DNA of 32,000 nucleotides from Sedimentisphaera cyanobacteriorum (lineage in GTDB: Bacteria > Planctomycetota > Phycisphaerae > Sedimentisphaerales > Sedimentisphaeraceae). The notes under the pieces were generated by a model, which saw only the letters and a list, made by a program, of their open reading frames with translations, was not told the DNA's origin and did not search any database. The stretch lies in assembly GCF_001997385.1 (NCBI RefSeq), contig NZ_CP019633.1, positions 840,001-872,000 on the forward strand, given 5' to 3'. The translations under genes and the position numbers were made by a program. Positions 29,541 through 32,000 of this stretch are shown here, piece by piece. Every line of letters starts with the position of its first letter. The first letter of the stretch is position 1.

Positions 29541-30677
29541 TTAGTTTTCTTGCTGGATATTCTGATATTCTGCAGCTGAAAAATATCCCCTCGCTGCGGC
29601 GGCAGGATAAAGAAGCTGCCAGCTCGTTACAGGCCTTCTGTTATGATCGTCCCAGTCGTTAGAATACCTGCCCTTAGGCCCCATTACGTTTTCATGAACA
29701 TTTCTCATAACATCAAAGGCCTTGTTCTTCCATTTGGGATTTCCGGTTACTTCCGAGAGCTCAAACCATGCCTCTACAAGAGTAAATCCGAACATTGCTT
29801 TGCATTTCAGCTCTCCGTTATCTTCATACCATCTTTCAATACTTGCATCTGCTGTTTCTGCAGCTTTTTGAAGATAGCTCTCTTTTTCCGTGATTTTATA
29901 GAGCTGGATATAGCATCTTACAGGCATAGCTGAGTTGTAAGACCATTTACGTCTGCCTATCCTGCCATCTTCTGTTATATGGTCGAAATAAAGGCCGTCT
30001 TCATCTTTCAGAGTTGTATCAAGCCACTGCATAAGCTCTTTGGCTTCATTAAAATATTTGTCCTGCTTGGTAATTTGGTAAAATTTTAGGCAGGAAAATG
30101 CAGTTGGAGCAACTGAGCAGGTGTTTTTAGATTTTTTATCATCTTCAGGCCAGTTTTCTCTCCAGAAAACACCGCCATTCTGCTTATCAACCCCGCTGAG
30201 ACTGTAGTCGATTGTTTTTTTAGCTTTTTTTAGATATTTTTTGTTTCCCGAAGCCTCATATGCATCAATAAAAGCCATTGCAATCCATGCATTGTCGTCG
30301 TAATAACGGTCAACGTCAGTGTTTTTATGCACTGGAAGGCAGTTGTATCCGCCTATTCCATCTGAAACAATAAAATATTCATCAATGATTTTGAGCTGTT
30401 CATCAAATTCTTTTTTGAAGGAATCGTCAAGCTTTAATGCCTGAGCTTTTGCAAGCAGTAGTATTGCATTCCCCCAAGCAAAAGAAACTTCCTCACGAGA
30501 GCTGTCCTCGTAGTAGCCGAGGCCCTGTTCGAATTTAAGATCCTTATCAATTTGATTAAGCGTCTCAAAGCCCCATTTTTTGAAAGGAAGCTCAGAGGCA
30601 TAAATGCTTGAGGTGAAGAACATCAAACACAAAATCAGAAAGCATTTTAGTCGATTTGTAAACATATAATTTTTCAC
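29541..30677 (-). CDS. GH76 alpha-1,6-mannanase family protein (secreted)
   Basis: 378-aa ORF with a signal peptide (FLILCLMFFTSSIYASE). It carries the catalytic Asp-Asp block YYDDNAWIAMAFIDAYEASGNKKYL. The start is GTG 30677 or ATG 30665, and neither has a clear Shine-Dalgarno. Confidence 0.85.
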   Translation of the reverse strand: MKNYMFTNRLKCFLILCLMFFTSSIYASELPFKKWGFETLNQIDKDLKFEQGLGYYEDSSREEVSFAWGNAILLLAKAQALKLDDSFKKEFDEQLKIIDEYFIVSDGIGGYNCLPVHKNTDVDRYYDDNAWIAMAFIDAYEASGNKKYLKKAKKTIDYSLSGVDKQNGGVFWRENWPEDDKKSKNTCSVAPTAFSCLKFYQITKQDKYFNEAKELMQWLDTTLKDEDGLYFDHITEDGRIGRRKWSYNSAMPVRCYIQLYKITEKESYLQKAAETADASIERWYEDNGELKCKAMFGFTLVEAWFELSEVTGNPKWKNKAFDVMRNVHENVMGPKGRYSNDWDDHNRRPVTSWQLLYPAAAARGYFSAAEYQNIQQEN

Positions 30678-30692
30678 AGAATTAATTTTAAA

Positions 30693-30750
30693 AATATGCA
30701 GACCGCGATAAAGATTTCTTTTATTTCAATCCTTACACAGCCTGCATATT
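30693..30750 (-). terminator. Long-loop inverted repeat; possible terminator or processing site between the first and second operon genes
   Basis: AATATGCAG (30693-30701) pairs with CTGCATATT (30742-30750) around 40 nt. On the minus strand the 3' arm is followed by TTTAAAATTAATT. The loop contains a partial internal pairing (AAGGATT with AATCTTT). Confidence 0.3.
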
Positions 30751-30785
30751 AAAATAGTGTTTTAATTTTCAGAAATAGTCATCTT

Positions 30786-32000
30786 TTAATCCTGCTCGAT
30801 AATCTGCGCAAGTCCTGCGTCGATATACTGCCCGCCAGTATTCTGGCGGCAATGAATAGCGATAGTGTTTCGGCCTTTTTTCAAGGTCTTCATGGCATCA
30901 TCTTTGATTTTATAATGCCCGGGTGAGCTGGTGTATCCATAGAGCTTGGCTGCAAGTTTCCCGTTGATATAAACGGTTGCATCTTCATCGTGGTGAATCA
31001 TAAGCTCGAGTGAGTCTGGTACATCATCAAGATGGAACTTTCTTGTAATCCAGATGTTCGGGCTCTGCCAAACTGTATTAACTTCTGCTGAAGGAGTTCC
31101 GCTTGTACCGAAACCGGCCGCGCCGCGGCTCCATCCTGCGTCAACGGGATTGAACGATGGCTTGTACCAGTTATCATTAGAAGGCTTGTCGAATGTGTAG
31201 TACCACATCTTCGGCTCATCGTAAGACATAGCAACCACAGGCTCAATTTTCGGAGGCTTTGGCAATGGAGCCCACTGCCCTTTCACAGAACCTGCGTTCT
31301 TAACCCATTTATTCCATACCTTCTCGTTGTCCATCAGTTTAATAAACACCCCGCCTACAACAGGACGTGCCTGAAAACCTCTCTGCTCTGCGTTGTGAGT
31401 CCAGTACCAGTCGGTCATAGGTACTCTGTCCGGAGTTTCGCTGATGAACTTTCTCACAGGGGCGATAAGGTCTTTGAAGTCTTTCTTGCTGCCTGTAATT
31501 GATGCTGTCCAGAAGATCCAGTCGAGCTTGGTGTATTTGCTGCGGTTATCCAGAGGAAGGCCGTATTCATTCTGCATCTTCTTGTAGTATTTCATCTCTT
31601 TACGGGCTACAGAATCAGGGAATAAATCAAGATCGAGAATTCTGTCCCATACGAGATTGTATTTCTGGCTCCATGTGCCCGATTTGTCAAATGCAAGGCG
31701 GTAATGATCGCCGTCGTCTGCCATTTCCATCCACTGCCTGGCATATTTCTGAGCTGTTCTGCGATATAATGATGCTCTGGCTTTCTCGCCCATCATATCT
31801 GCCATATCTGCATAGGCTGCCAGAGAAACAATCGCCTTCATTGAAAGATTTACATTATGTGCAAGGTGGCCTGCGAAATCATCGGTGCAGAGCTGGTTTT
31901 CAGGATCGAGACCTTTGCTCTTGAGGTATTCCGCCCAAGAAGAAAGTATGTCCCAGTACTTCCTTGCAAACTCTACATCACCCTCAGCCTTTACTGCCGC
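30786..32000 (-). CDS. DUF4965/DUF1793 glutaminase-A-like six-hairpin protein with C-terminal beta-sandwich domain; the 5' end runs off the window
   Basis: The frame stays open from 31841 up to base 32000 by hand translation (...KYWDILSSWAEYLKSKGLDPENQLCTDDFAGHLAHNVNLSMKAIVSLAAYA...). The DUF1793-type block is DWYWTHNAEQRGFQARPVVGGVF. The last ~130 aa (NTVWQSPNIWITRKF...TIAIHCRQNTGGQYIDAGL) resemble a galactose-binding-like jelly-roll. Confidence 0.85.
   Translation of the reverse strand, partial: AAVKAEGDVEFARKYWDILSSWAEYLKSKGLDPENQLCTDDFAGHLAHNVNLSMKAIVSLAAYADMADMMGEKARASLYRRTAQKYARQWMEMADDGDHYRLAFDKSGTWSQKYNLVWDRILDLDLFPDSVARKEMKYYKKMQNEYGLPLDNRSKYTKLDWIFWTASITGSKKDFKDLIAPVRKFISETPDRVPMTDWYWTHNAEQRGFQARPVVGGVFIKLMDNEKVWNKWVKNAGSVKGQWAPLPKPPKIEPVVAMSYDEPKMWYYTFDKPSNDNWYKPSFNPVDAGWSRGAAGFGTSGTPSAEVNTVWQSPNIWITRKFHLDDVPDSLELMIHHDEDATVYINGKLAAKLYGYTSSPGHYKIKDDAMKTLKKGRNTIAIHCRQNTGGQYIDAGLAQIIEQD

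Overview
This 32-kb window looks chromosomal. I call 24 protein-coding genes (two cut by the window edges) and 2 tRNAs. I saw no transposase, integrase, CRISPR array or rRNA. All family calls come from motifs read in the translations, with no database search. The left and middle parts mix housekeeping genes with secreted proteins. Housekeeping genes are tRNA-His, alaS, tatD-obg-lon, tadA with tRNA-Ser(GGA), an M20 peptidase, and an XRE-cupin regulator with an acyl-CoA synthetase. Secreted proteins are a GLUG-repeat beta-helix protein, a lipoprotein with a GH16 glucanase, and a nitroreductase-fold/DJ-1 fusion that the ORF track missed. The right third (21.3-32 kb) is a tightly packed seven-gene minus-strand operon that reads as an alpha-mannan depolymerisation and uptake locus. 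Its order is DUF4965/DUF1793 protein, GH76, GH92, MFS sugar permease, ROK-like kinase, GH125, GxGYxYP protein, and it has no SusC/SusD. The most unusual item is a full-length, catalytically intact archaeal-type topoisomerase VI A subunit (Spo11 homologue). It has no B subunit in the window and sits in an apparent operon yjbQ-top6A-nnrE-MFS behind one consensus promoter. Other items worth follow-up are an orphan helical protein between alaS and tatD, a shared 42-aa half-dockerin C-terminal module on two unrelated secreted proteins, and a recurring TTGnnn-16/17-TAnAAT promoter architecture. Gene content suggests an anaerobic polysaccharide degrader of the PVC group (Phycisphaerae- or Kiritimatiellia-like), but that is inference only.
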